64,000 bases of DNA, taken from positions 50,344,001 through 50,408,000 of the forward strand of contig OZ024740.1 in the NCBI GenBank assembly GCA_964016885.1, in the 5' to 3' direction. Positions 48,502-62,200 of this stretch are shown here, piece by piece. The notes under the pieces are model-generated. The model searched no databases. It saw nothing but the letters and a program-made list of their open reading frames with translations, and was not told the origin of the DNA. Source of the stretch: Eledone cirrhosa. Taxonomy: Eukaryota. The position numbers and the translations under genes were made by a program. Each line of letters begins with the position of its first letter. Positions within the stretch are counted from its first letter, which is position 1.

Positions 48502-48867
48502 CAGTGTAGCCCCCCCCCTCCCGCATATTCGCGGTCCCAGTTATTCGTTGAATTTTCCTAAAACGTAACTAATAATTGTTCGGGGAAACCACCGCATATT
48601 CGCGGAATCGTACATATCTTTCCGTGATTTTTATGGCTTTTTTCGTGGCAATATATAATTTTTTTAACGCTAAATTATTAATAACAATGTACCGTATTTG
48701 TCAGCCTATTTGGCGCCCCTTCACATAAGACGCTTCCTCTTCTTTTTTAATTATATTTTACGTTATATTTTGACGTTTATAGGCATTTTTATGGAGCACG
48801 TCCAATATTCGGTGCTTTTCACTGTGCTCTAGGGACGTAACCCCTCGCGAATACCGAGGGACAACTG
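48502..48867. mobile_element. pogo/Tigger-type MITE
   Basis: TA|CAGTG...CCCGCATATTCGCG and CGCGAATACCGAGGGACAACTG|TA imperfect TIRs with TA flanks. Confidence 0.7.
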
Positions 48868-49506
48868 TATGTGTGTGTGGGGGGGGGGGTGTATATATAT
48901 ATATATATGTTGTTCTATTACGTGTTCCAGTCAACAGGGTTATAGCATGCTGGAGCACCACATATAATATATATATAAAGATCCCGAAAAGAGTAGAAAC
49001 AGAAATTGTTTACTTGAACTTTTAATCTATAATTTGTATAATCTACAGTTTTATACATATAATATATACTTATTTATACACACAAACAATTATGATTAAA
49101 TATAATTATCAAAAGTAGTACACAAGTGACATTATATATTTATGTATTTAGCTCTTCCAATTAATAAAAAAAATCATCCCACTTCATACATTCAGTGAAA
49201 TAGCCGGGTGCAACGGAGTTTCGTTCGGAGTTGTATTTGGCAAATGATACGATTTAAAACGGTGTTAAATCTGGAACTGACGTTTTCCTTGTACAATTGG
49301 TTTAATATAACAATCATACGTAATGTGCCAAGAGGTTTCTGGACTTAATAAAATAAACAACACATGTATCATCATGTATATAGAATATGATTATATAAAC
49401 TTAAGACAGTCACACACACAAATACGTGACATATATATATATGTATATTATATGCACAAAAGTATGTAATTACAAGCATACGCATATGACACGTGTGTAT
49501 ACACAC

Positions 49507-49553
<47 letters not shown>

Positions 49554-50658
49554 CTCGAGAGAGAGAGATTTCCGAGTTGTGTCGGGGGTAACCACAGTTA
49601 AAAAAGGTACTCAATACATTAATAGTGTAGGCATCTTTATTATACATACAAAAATGACTTCTACATAACTAAAATTGTTTAATTCGTATGAAATCATATA
49701 CACACCATAATAATAATAATGGGACCCATAACGTTAAAAAACCTGAGAATCCTGAGATGTAACCTCGTAGAAGACCAGTTAAACATAACGGGTGTGAGTT
49801 GTAAAAAAAAAAAAAAACTATGTATACACATATTACACATACATATCGAGCCAAAAAGAGAGAGGACTTTTACAGTCACTCGACCTACTAATAACAGCAG
49901 CCAAAATTCTCCCCCAGTCTCGAATAAGGAAAACACAATGGATAATGAATATTCTCCTAGATAGTCGTGGGGGGGGGGGGGGGGGGACAGGATTGTCATG
50001 GTTGAAATGATTTTGATAATAGGTCTGCTCGATTAGAGTTGGCCTATGGCTAAACAGGAATGCATGCATATAACATGGGTATATATTATATATACTCATA
50101 TTTAAACATCAAACGTGTATATATATATATATATATATATATAAGTGGGGTGTATGCTATAATTGTTATTTAAAGGCCTTAGTTTTTTTACATTTTATAC
50201 AACTGAATCGATTTATGAATATTCAACAGATAACAGCATTTGCAGCGAAACATACAAAACATTGAAAAATAATACAATGCTATCGACAGATTTATATTAC
50301 ATACGAATAGACAGGTCTATTTGTAATAAACATTATATAACAAATTATAATAATCATCGGAATTGTATAAAATAAAAAAGAATTAGAAGCATATCACAAT
50401 TGAAATATACACAATCAATATTCCAGTTATGTGTGTGTGTGTGTGTGTTGGGACTGTGTATGTGCGTATTTCATGCCAACTTTAGGTTGAGTATGTAATC
50501 AGTCTTGTGTGTATATGTATATATATACATACACATACACACACATATATATATATACATGTGTGTGTGTATATGTATAAAAACATGATTTGTGTAATGT
50601 TTTCGTTCATGAGCTAATAGTTATTTTCAGTGTAATAAGAATAACTTTTGACACTTAC

Positions 50659-50690
50659 TTTGATCTGAGTGGTCGCTTTTTCTTGGGCAT
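50659..50690 (-). CDS. VMP1: Candidate first coding exon of VMP1 (MPKKKRPLRS-N)
   Basis: ATG with A at -3, 32 nt, then a GTAAGT donor at 50658. Phase 2 joins in frame to the exon at 11510 (AA|T TCT TTG TCC AAT GCC ATG). Lies in a locally CpG-richer zone. No transcript evidence. Confidence 0.5.
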
Positions 50691-51216
50691 ATTTGAAATT
50701 AAGTAACCGTTGTCGTTGTGTGTTGGTTGTTTGAGAGAAATTTGACAGTATTCAAAGGTAACGATCACTCTGAAGCAAAAAGCAGGCCCCCAAAAGTTAT
50801 CCGATACTTAGGTGACATCCGTATTTATAGTAACTAATACATGTTCATATGTATATATATATATATATAATATATAGAGAGAGCGGTGGAATAGCAGAAT
50901 CGTGAGAGCGTTGGACAAAATGTTTTGCGGTATTTAGTTACGGCCCTTGATGTTCTGTGTTTAAATCTCGCCGAGTCGGCTTAATGCTGTCATCATTCCT
51001 AGAGTCGATAAAACACCAATCGAGTACTTAAGTTGATATAATCGACTAGTCTACCACACCAGCACCACAAGAAATATACTGCTGGGTATTCGTTGATATA
51101 TATATATATATACATACATCAGCTCAACGAAATGTCAAAACAATTCATTAAATAAATAAATAGTAAAATAAAAATATACATTATATACACACGTGGTGTG
51201 TGTATAATGTATGTAT

Positions 51217-51252
<36 letters not shown>

Positions 51253-51253
51253 T

Positions 51254-51636
51254 TATTAAAATAATAGATTAAAGTTTAAGCAAAGAATCGCTGCTTTCAC
51301 GCTTAACGGGATCTTCTGAAACTAAAAAACACACATATATATATAGAGAGAGAGAGAGAGTTTATATTTAATTTGTTGGGATACAACAAGCAAAATATTT
51401 TTATAACTGATATAAAGCACTCAACAAATTAATTGGAGTAAATATACAATATATTAACAAATGGAAACTATATTTATAAAACCATATTTATTTCATTATA
51501 CATATTTCCACCAAGGCAGATTACGGTGCGCTTTCATCAGATAATATATATATATATGTGTTTTTTAGTTTCAGAAGATCCCGTTAAGGGTGAAAGCAGC
51601 AATTCTTTGCTTAAACTTTAATCTATTATTTTAATA
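51254..51636. repeat. ~85-bp near-perfect inverted repeat
   Basis: attaaaataatagattaaagtttaagcaaagaat...gaaactaaaaaacaca (about 51254-51335) and its reverse complement at about 51557-51636. Confidence 0.9.
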
Positions 51637-52930
51637 TATATATATATATATATATGCGAAAAATAAACGGATAAACCACACAGGAAAACGATTAAGTACA
51701 ATGAAGTTATATAATAGTTTATATATATATATATAATATATACATATGCGCGTGTGCACATACACTAATAAATGGATCTACGTCGGTTTTCTTTAATTAG
51801 TATTCCAGTTATTTGATTAACACAACTGGCTATGTATTCAAGTCAGTTGTATTCTTTGACACTGTGTAACAAGACTGGCCCTTTGAATGTTTAATGTACA
51901 GTTTATCTGAGGGCTAACAGGTTTCATTACGCAATTTCATTCACAATGCTTCGTTCGAAGCATTGTAAAAGACATACCGATAATCCCAGTCAGTGAGATC
52001 GAAACACAATTCGGAAGTGCCAAGTGAACTATTTAACCACTCGGCTGTTTGCATTATATATATATATATTATAGATTATGATATATATATATCATAATCT
52101 ATAGAGAATTATAGAGAGAGAGAGGGGGGGGGGGTAGTAGTATATATATATATATATAATTTTTATCATTACTTTTTATTTTTACTTTGTAACTTCCCTC
52201 CTTACTCCACCACGGAGTTCCTGTTCTTCTCCTCTCCAAACTTTCCAAGCATGAACCTAGTATAACTGTGTACAATTGCTCATTCATTTTCAACTATATA
52301 TATATATATATATATCATCATCATCATCATTTCATTTTACGTCCGCTTTTCCCTGCTTGCAAGGGTGGGACAGGAACTGATTCTGGCTTGATTTCTACAG
52401 CTGGATGCCCTTCCTAACACCAACCTCATTTACAGTGAATGCTGGGTGCTTTTTTTCCGTGGCGCCTACACGTCCACTTTGCAGTGGCATGATAGGGACC
52501 CAATTCCTATCATCTCATTTCTACAGCTGAGTAAACTGGAGCAATGTGAAATAAAGTGTCTTGCTCATGGAAACAACACATCACCCGGTCCGAGAATTGA
52601 ACTCACAACCTTTCGATTGCAAGGCCAATGCTCTAACCACTAAGCCATGTGCCTTATATATACATACACATATATATATAAAGCCTGCTCCAAGCCCGAA
52701 GGCTCCTCCAAACTACTTATCCCAGTTTCAATGGCATTAAGCGATCGAGTGTGGAAACACCAGTCTATCACAAATACTCATACTGCTGGTACTCATGTTC
52801 AACTGAATGGACTGGAGAAACATAAAATGAGAGTTTTGGCCAAGAACACAATGCACCACCTGGTTCAAGAATTGAACCCATGACAATTGTAAGTTCAGCA
52901 TCCTAAGCACTAGGCCACATGCCTTCACAT

Positions 52931-52969
<39 letters not shown>

Positions 52970-53281
52970 TCATCATTGTTTAACGTCAACTTTTCCACAC
53001 TAGCCTGGGTTAAATGTGTTGTCCCGTTGTGAGACAAGTCAGATCAGGTGACCATGTCATGCTCATACAAAACTGGTTCTAACTTGGTTTCTACAGCTGG
53101 ATGCCTTCCTAATGCCAACCACATTTATAGTGTGTATTGGGTGCTTTTTGTCATGACACCTACATGACCGCTTTACAGTGGTCATCATCATCATCAGGTT
53201 TAGCGTCCGTGTTCCACGCTTGCATGGGTTTGGACGTGGGGTTTTCCCACTTGAGGCAAGAGTGGTTGTCTTGCTCGCATA

Positions 53282-53513
53282 GGACTGTCTGGCGGGTTTT
53301 CTACAGTTGGATGCCCTTCCTAACACCAACCACATTTACAGTGTGGGGCTGGGAGGTTTTTACCGTGTTGCCTACACGGCCACATTACAGCGTGGACTGT
53401 CTGGCGGGTTTTCTACAGCTGGATGCCCTTCCTAACACCAACCACATTTACAGTGTGGGGCTGGGAGGTTTTTACCGTGTTGCCTACACGGCCACATTTA
53501 CAGCGTGGACTGT
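53282..53513. repeat. 112-bp tandem duplication within an RTE 3' UTR
   Basis: ggactgtctggcgggttttctacag... at 53282 and 53394. Confidence 0.9.
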
Positions 53514-53557
53514 GTGTTTTTTGTCGTGACACCTACACGATCTCATTTGTTTCGGCG

Positions 53558-53588
53558 TATATATATATATATATATAAAATCATCATT

Positions 53589-53634
<46 letters not shown>

Positions 53635-53638
53635 CATT

Positions 53639-53678
<40 letters not shown>

Positions 53679-53682
53679 CATT

Positions 53683-53726
<44 letters not shown>
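53558..53726. repeat. Compound minisatellite: (TA)n interrupted three times by aaaatYatcattaccg
   Basis: Read directly from sequence. Confidence 0.9.
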
Positions 53727-53729
<3 letters not shown>

Positions 53730-53952
53730 TCCATGCTGTAATGTGGCCATTTAGGTAACACAGTAAAAAACCTCCCAGTCCACACTGTAAACGTGGTTGG
53801 TGTTAGGAAGGGGATCCAGTCGTAGAAAACCTGCCAGACAGTCTTGAGCAAGACAACCAATCTTGTCTCAAGTGGGACAATTCCTATGCTAGCGTGGAAG
53901 ATAGACGATGATGATATATATATGTGTATATATATATATATATGTATATATA

Positions 53953-54773
53953 AAAATGAAAGGCAGGCTGTATGATGCCTGCATACGAACAGCAATGTTA
54001 CATGGCAGTGAGACATGGGCATTGTGTGCAGAGGATATATGCAGAATGAAGAGGAACGAAGCTTGCATGCTCCGCTGGATGTGTAATAGTAATATACGTG
54101 AACAGCAAAGCATAAACGAACTAAGGGAGAAATTAGGAATAAGAGGGATCAGATGTTGTTTACTCGAGAGAAGACTACGTTGGTACGGTCACGTGATGCG
54201 CATGAAAGACGACAGCTGTATAAAAAAAGTGCAGGGCGATAAAAATAGATGGTAGCCACGGAGTAGGCAGACCCAGAAAAACCTGGGACGACTTGATAAA
54301 TTCCGACCTCACACACCTACACCTCTCCAAGATAATGTCACTGGACCGAGATCTTTGGCGCTCCACAGTAATACAGAAGACACACCTTGCCTAAGTACAA
54401 AGCGAAACCTAGTCAGTAGGCACCTCTAACAAAAATACACACCTGTCCCACTACCCCCACCCCATCCACACCACCCCTTCAATTTGAAGTTATGTTGGTA
54501 CCACAACATCCAGTCCGAAACAAATGAGGTCGTGTAGGTGTCACGACAAAAAAACACACAGTCCACGCTGTAATGTGGCCGTGTAGGTAACACGGTAAAA
54601 ACCTCCCAGTCCACACTGTAAACGTGGTTGGTGTTGGGAAGGGCACCCAACCGTAGAAAACCCGCCAGACAGTCCTATACGAGCGAGACAACCAATCTTG
54701 CCTCAAGTGGGAAAATTCCCGTCCAAACCCATGCAAGCGTGGAAGATGGACATTAAACGATGATGATGATGAT
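53953..54773 (+). mobile_element. 5'-truncated RTE LINE with complete 3' UTR and (GAT)n tail
   Basis: KMKGRLYDACIRTAMLHGSETW...; near-identical to 26308-27132; begins within (TA)n. Confidence 0.93.
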
Positions 54774-54779
54774 ATATAC

Positions 54780-55900
54780 ATAAGTTCTGTCGAAAAAGTA
54801 TCCTACCTTAGGCTTGAAAAAAATATGTACATGTTGGAGTACACTTGCTAATCCCCTTTGAATAGGCCCCTTGTTCCTCTACACAAGTAGTCCAGTGATC
54901 ATTCCACTTCTGGAATGGCTCTCGGCTCCTCCATAGCCCTTTCGGCCTTCAAAGCGGGAGCCTTTCAGAGGCATCATTATTTTGGGGAACAACCAAAAAC
55001 CAGAAGCCATATCTAGAGGATAGGAAACCTGGTGACTAAGTAAAATGCCTTTCTTTGCCAAAAATGTTGAATCATCTGTGATGAATGAGCCAAGGTATTA
55101 TCATGATGCAGCTGCCAATTATAGGAGGCCCACAAATCCAGCCTCTTGTGCCGAACTGCATCACAATAACAGAGAACTTCCTGACAGTACTCATTTGTAA
55201 CTGTGTTCCTTTATGGTGCAAATTTATGGTGCAAATTTGTGATGCAAATTTCAGAAATTGAAGAAAACTGTCAGCATCACCTTGATTTTGCTCTGCATTT
55301 GATGCACTTATTTAGGCCTTGGCGACATTGGATACTTCCACTGTTATGACTGAGTTTTGCTATACCTTATCTCAAATTATCATGGTATTCAGAAACTCAG
55401 GATTCTTGTTGGCACTATCCAGGAGGTCCTGCACAACCTCTAGATGAAGTTGTTCCTAAACGTAGCTTGGGCACAAATTTCATTGCCACTCTGTGCATGC
55501 CTAAATTCTCCTTTAAAATTGTATGTCCAGAATCTTTACTGATTCCAGCCTTGTCACCAAGCCTCCATTATCAAGGTCTGCACTTTCTCGATAACAACTG
55601 CATTGCAGCTTGTTAACTGCCTCCCAAAATGCTGGCCACTGGCCATCTTTGAACCATTCTTTATTTGGGTAACATCCATGGCAGTCACCAATAGCCTGTT
55701 GAATTTTGTGAATTGTTTCTGTTTGAATATCTCCAAGGTTTTGGCAAAAATTTGATGCAAGATTGTTGGTCCACATGTTCTAGCATCATGGGCAAAATGA
55801 ATATGTGAAAAGTAGTATAGTACCTCCCATGCTGGCTGCCTGACACAATCGGTGAACTCATTAAAAACCACTCATGCAGTTGAATTTATGTGACTCCACT
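54780..55900 (-). mobile_element. Highly decayed mariner element
   Basis: YPLDMASGFWLFPKI..PLKGSRFE (YSPDLAP-derived) and an ETIHKIQQAIGD HTH remnant. Confidence 0.7.
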
Positions 55901-55928
55901 TCACATATTTATATAAAGAACTTCATTT

Positions 55929-55981
<53 letters not shown>

Positions 55982-55987
<6 letters not shown>

Positions 55988-56940
55988 AGGTGCATCAGTT
56001 CATTAAGGCCACCTCTTTCTTGAGCTCTAACTTTCTTATTACTAATTTGTTTTTGTTTATTTGTTTTTTTAGATAAATAATGCCAGACCTTAAATTGACT
56101 CAACAAATGAAAAGGCATGCTGTAATCGCTGCCTTAAAAGCACAGCATAGTGATAGTGATAGCTCCCTTCTTGAAATTTGCCTGAAATTTCATTGTCAAA
56201 GTTAGAAACAATCTGGAAGTTGCTGGTGGGGATGCAACATCAGTAGCCAAGTGCAGAATGCCTAAGTTTGTAAAAAAAAAAAAGGGTTTTAAAATTAATT
56301 GATAAAACTCCAGGAGAGTCAATCAGAGCCATCACAAAAGACATTAAGGTTTCAGCAAAAAACTATGAGAAGAGTTGTCCATGAAGACATCCGATACAAG
56401 TCGTATGTGATGCGAAAAGCCTAGTTTATGCTGGATGTGACAAAAGAAAATTGGTTAGACCATGCAAAGCATTTACTGAGTAAGAAACTAGAATGCTTTG
56501 GTTCTATTTTGATGAGAAAAACTTTGATCAGAACAAAAAAGTAAACCGAAGGAACAATAGATGGCTATGTAGAAACCCAAATGAGGTTCCAATGGTCATG
56601 CACACCAAATTTCCAGCAACTGTGATGGTTCTGGCTGTCATCAGCAACAAGGAAGATGTCATGTTTATTCATTTTTTTTTTTTCTCAAGGCTTAAGACTC
56701 AATGCTACTGTCTACAAAGACATGTTAAAGACAGTTGTGAAGCCCTGAATAGACAGGGTAAGCAATGGAAGACAAACAGTCTTCCAACAAGGCTCTGCAG
56801 CCTCTCATAAGGCCATAACAACACAAGCATAGATGCATGACAATCTACATGACCACATTCTTCCAGACACATGAAACCCTAGTTCCACTGAACATATGGT
56901 GTAATAAAGAGAGGTCAAACATCACCCTCACAACACTATA
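55982..56940 (+). mobile_element. Decayed Tc1/mariner maT (DD37D-like) transposon
   Basis: FDEKNFDQNKKVNRRNNRWL...TKFPATVMVLAVIS and a downstream FQQGSAASH remnant; starts within (TA)n. Confidence 0.75.
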
Positions 56941-59004
56941 TATGTATGTATATGTATTATATACACTCTTAACTAGGTCATAGCCATGCTGCTACATAAT
57001 CCATAGCCCATTTCTGTTGGGCTTTTTAATGAAAGAGCAAATTTGGTACTGCTGTCTTCATTTATGATTTTGGCTCATCTGGAATCTTAGTAAAATATTC
57101 AGGTGTTCCTCATCAGGTTCATTGAGACAATCTTCTTGGTGCTGCCATGCTTCAATTTCCACAGTTAATTAAATAATACATGATGACCATAGTCTGGTCA
57201 GCTGAGAACAAATGTCATCCACAGGACCATCATGGTTTCCTAGTCCCTCATTCTGAATGATCTCAGAATCTCTCCAGCCAGTCTTCTGCACATTGTCGAC
57301 ATCATCATAATATGTGCATGAAATGATTCATCTTTATTCATATTGATTCCAAGGTGATTGTGACTCGGGAATTCCAATCCCTCTCAGTCATCTGTTGCTT
57401 AGCTTTAGTGTGTTAATTCCCATGGGCTGTACAGTAATCCATTAAATATTGCTGGTTTAGCCCACTTATGTTTGGAATGTCTTGATGTGTCATCATCAGG
57501 GTCTTTTATTTCCTGTGATACTTTCATAGCTAGTGTGAGTGGATACATATACAACTGATGGTATGTCTGAGAGAGCCACTACAAACAAGGACTCCAATAA
57601 CTATTTCTGCTCCTATTGAAAAAGCTCCATTTGCTGCAACTGTCTGACTTTTACTTATTAGGGCAGCGAATTTCCTAGTTATCAAACTATCCCCAAATCA
57701 TGCAATTTATGACATATACTGTGAGTGATCAACTTTATCAAAGGCCTTCACCAAGTTAAAATATATCATATTCAAGTTAGAATGGTTAAGCAGCTGTTTT
57801 AGCAACCAAGTTGTAATACTGTAGAAGCCATGTGAAGCTGCTAGGTGTCAGCAGGTCACTTTCATTTAGGAATGTAATAATTTCCCTCTGATTATTCATT
57901 GTATGACTTTGGTGATAGGTGAAATCAGATTGCTTCTATATGAATATGACATATACCTTCCTATAACCTTTTCAGTTTACTACATGCAAGGAAGCTTTTG
58001 AAAGGATCTTCAGTAGTTTTGCTAGAGACCATCAGGCTCTGAATCTGAATTAACACTCAGATGAAAGCTGTGGACGAAGGAAGGAAGACATGGGATGAAG
58101 TGGTAAATAGTGATCACGAATCATGATGGCTTGCAACATACAGTGTTGGATGTGTAGATCATACCAAGCGGAATTGAGCGATATCATTCTTATGTATGAG
58201 AGTCAGTATTTTAGTATAAAAATAAAATGTAATTCAAATCTAGTCAAGCACTATGTACACAAATTATTATGACAACTACATATTAAAACATTGTTCATCT
58301 TTATAGGTGGTTAATAGTCTGAAAATAATCTATTTATGAAGAGAATTAAACAGCATTTCTATAATTAGATTTCATCTTATCTTCACAACACATGTGAAAG
58401 TCTTCATATATTCTTAGATTTATATCTGATCTTCAACAAAATATTGTCTAATTTTTATATTTTGCAATTATGCAACGATTTAAAAAATCAAAACTTTTTT
58501 AAATATTTAATTATTCCATGATACTTATCAATAGCTTAAGAAACTGTTTAATTGCATTATGTAATATCAAGTTTTGCTATCTTAGACATTATAGAAAATA
58601 ACAAATTTCATACATAATGTTTACTCAGCTGTAGAAATGAGATGATAGGGACTGGGGTCCATATCATTCCACTGCAAAGTGGTCGTGGAGGTGCCACGGC
58701 AAAAGAGCACCCAGCACTCACTGTAAATGAGGTTGGTGTTAGGAAGGGCATCTAGCTGTAGAAATCAAGCCAGAATCAGTTCCCGTCCCACCCTTGCAAG
58801 CAGGGAAAAGCGGACGTAAAATGAAATGATGATGATGATGATGGCTTCTTGAAACATTGAACATTTTCATTTCCAGATATTTTAAATTATTAAATTAAAG
58901 CAAATTTAAAAAAACAAATAAAATAAGAATTCTGAAATTCTAAATATTCTTGATCTTAATTACTCTTTCCATTTTTGAAAACTAATGGATGCTGTTAAAA
59001 ATTT

Positions 59005-59245
59005 CAAACACACCACCGAGATAAACAAATATCGGGGATTGTTCGGCCACTTCCTTTTCGCACTGGTCACCGTCGAGACCTCAGGTGTTCTTAGACCCCG
59101 CTCTGCCGAGCTCCTCCACAAGATCAGAATGTCAGCGGCCCATCTGACGAAGGCGCCCCAGGAGGTGGGGTGGCTGTTGCAGCGGGTGTCGCTGGCTTTC
59201 GCGTTCTTGTCCACAGGGCGCAGCCCAATTACCGCAAAGTCCTAG
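59005..59245 (+). mobile_element. CRE-like (RLE-type) non-LTR retrotransposon C-terminal fragment
   Basis: KYRGL...FALVTVETSGVL...ELLHKI...EVGWLLQRVSLA resembles the CRE C-terminus K..KY...F.P.AVET.G...LQR.S.A; GC-rich island. Confidence 0.65.
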
Positions 59246-62200
59246 GCCCAGAGCTCAATCACCTTCCTCCTCCCATTTTTTCTCTGACACTAGAGCCCTT
59301 GCCTTTCCCTTCATTTTCTGGGGGTTTTTTATATTTTCCTATTTTACATTCCATTCTTTCTTCTCAATCTAAAAAAATCTTTTTACATTCCCTATTAAAT
59401 TTGCTACTGTTTTCTAAATAAATTTTATTTTTTCTTCAATGTCTTTAGTAAAATTCCAGCAAAATGTCACTTTTGATGAACAAGTGATTATCCACATTTT
59501 CTTTCTTTAAAAGCTATTTAGTATTATTTTGAAAAACTTTCAAAAACTTTCCTATAAGATTTTTCTGTATTAGAATAGGCCATGCAACTATCATTTAACA
59601 TTTCCATTATTTCTGGTTAATGACTGACTCATATCTCCTGATGTTGTCAACATTGATGTTGTCAACATGTTGAAACTTATACATTATATTACTCCCCACT
59701 CTCATCACCAAACTGTTCACTGTCAATATAACTGATGTTAAAGAAATTATTATTTTAACCCTTTAGCATTTAAACCGGCCATATCTGGCCAGAAATCTCT
59801 CACCTCTTTCTGTTTAAGCTGGCCACTCATACTGATGTTAAGGTATTATCAAAATAAATAACATAAAAATCTCATAGATTCAATATTATGTGAGATAATT
59901 ATGTAAGATAAAGCCTTTACTACAAAAATACTCTATAGAGTCATGTAAATGCTAAAGGGTTAAAAGACGCAACACTACTGTCAGATTTTTATTTTATTTT
60001 TTTTAAGTATAATACTATGTATTGTACCAGTTAAATTACATGTTGGCAATAAAAAAAGAAAAAGAAAGATTAAATATTAATGACAAAAGGAGAAGAGGAG
60101 AGGGAGTGGTAGACATTACACCTCCAGTCAAGCAATATATCTAAGCAGTGTTGTACAGACAAAATAGCGAAGGTATTGCCATCGAGAATAGCCACTAAAT
60201 CAACCACTCCATCATACAAGGTTCCTTCCTCAGGCAGTGGGAACTCCTCCATATTTTGCAGAGAAAAATGTCAGTTCAGTGACCAAGGATACTAGAGGTT
60301 TCAATGGTGACCAGCATAGAAGGAAATGGTGTCAAGTCATATTATTTGGCTATCTTCCTCTTCTTGGTATTACAAGTGGTAGAGTCCAGGTTTGTATGAA
60401 ACAATGTTATTTCACAAAACCTTTGGCTACTTAAGAAACAGATTACTTAAAGTAATCTTCTCTAGCAAAACATTTGATTTATGTTTAACCCTTTAGTATT
60501 TAAACCAGCTGTATCTGGCCAGAATTCTCTTACCTCTTTCTGTTCAAACCGGCAGTAACTGGCCACTCATACTGGTGTTAAGGTATGGTTCTCAAAATAA
60601 ATAATATCAAAATCTCATAGAACCAATATTATGTGAGATAAAGCCTTTACCATGAAAATATAATTGTTTCTACTTTTGGCACAAGGCCAGCAATTATTCC
60701 ATTGTATTACTGGTACTTTATTTTATCGACCCCGTAAGGATGAAAGGCAAAGTTAACCTCGGCAGGATTTGAACTCAGACCATAAAGGGCCGTAACTCTA
60801 TGCTACAAAGCATGGCGTCCAACCCTCTACTGATACTGCCAATCCACCGCCCTTTACCATGAAAATATAATTGTTTCTACTTTAGGCACAAGGCCAGCAA
60901 TTACTCAGTGCATTACTGGTACTTTATTTTATCAACCCCGTAAGGATGAAAGGCAAAGTCAACCTCGGCGGGATTTGAACTCAGATCGCAAAGGGACGTA
61001 ACTATGCTGGAAAGCATGGCGTCCGACCCTCTACCGATACTGCCAATCCACCATGAAAATATAATAGTATATAGAGAGTAATGCAAATGCTAAAGGGTTA
61101 AAATAATCTTCTGTAGCAAAACATTTGATTTATGCTTAAACAATATCGTTGATTTTACAATGATTTCTTTTTTTTTTTTTTCATTTAACATATAATTTGG
61201 CAAATCCTGTTGGGGTAAGAGTTGCTTTTTGTCCCTCCAGAAGTTCATAAAATAAATACAAGGCATGTTCGGAGCCTATTCAATATATTCTACAAATTTA
61301 TAGTCTTATATCAATACAAGAAATCATGCTAACAGATAAGCTTGTAGCATAATGAGATTATGGATTTTAATTGATCATTGGATAATTCTACAAATTCATA
61401 TATTTCTTGAATTACTGATCATGGTGGCAGTGTTGTTATTGAATAGTATGTTTGAGTATGCTAACAATATACAAATAGATAATTAAATACTTTACACACA
61501 AACGTGTATAATTGAATTGAAATGCTTTATGGTAAACCCTAAGTAGCAGGATTGCTGTGGTTATACCATCTTTATTATTGGCATGTTACTTGAGTATTTA
61601 AGAATTTGAAATATGTAAACTCTGTGTTAAAAAGGGAAAGAAAAGGAGCCGATTATCAGACCAGCCTTTGCAATGTCACTAAAATATGTTGCAGACCTAC
61701 CAACCTCTAAAAACCCAAACAGAAAGTACCATGAAAAAAATTGCCCCCAAAACGAAGAGATTTTACATAATGAAAGCTATACCCATTTTCACAAGGCAAG
61801 ACATCTCTCACCCATCCCATAGTGGGTGGGTGACCTCCCCAGCAGATGGGGGAGAGTTGACAGGTCTGCTGTTGGTCACAACTCTTGGCAGGAGGCAGGA
61901 TTTGAACTCAGATTGCACAGAGTTGGATCAGATATTCCAAAACATCCTGTTTGGCTTTTTAACAATTCTGCCATTCCACCACCCCTGGACTGGTATGTAA
62001 TTTATCAACCCAAAAAGATGAGAAGTAAAAATTAACCTCAATGAGATTTAAACTCAGAGTACAGTTAGCCAGAACAAATACTGAAACAGGTTATCTGATG
62101 CCCTAAAGACTCCAACAATTTGCTACCTTTCGTTGATACAATGTTACAAAGCTATTGATACAACAGTAACTGATTAACAACATCCCAGACCTCATTCTCT

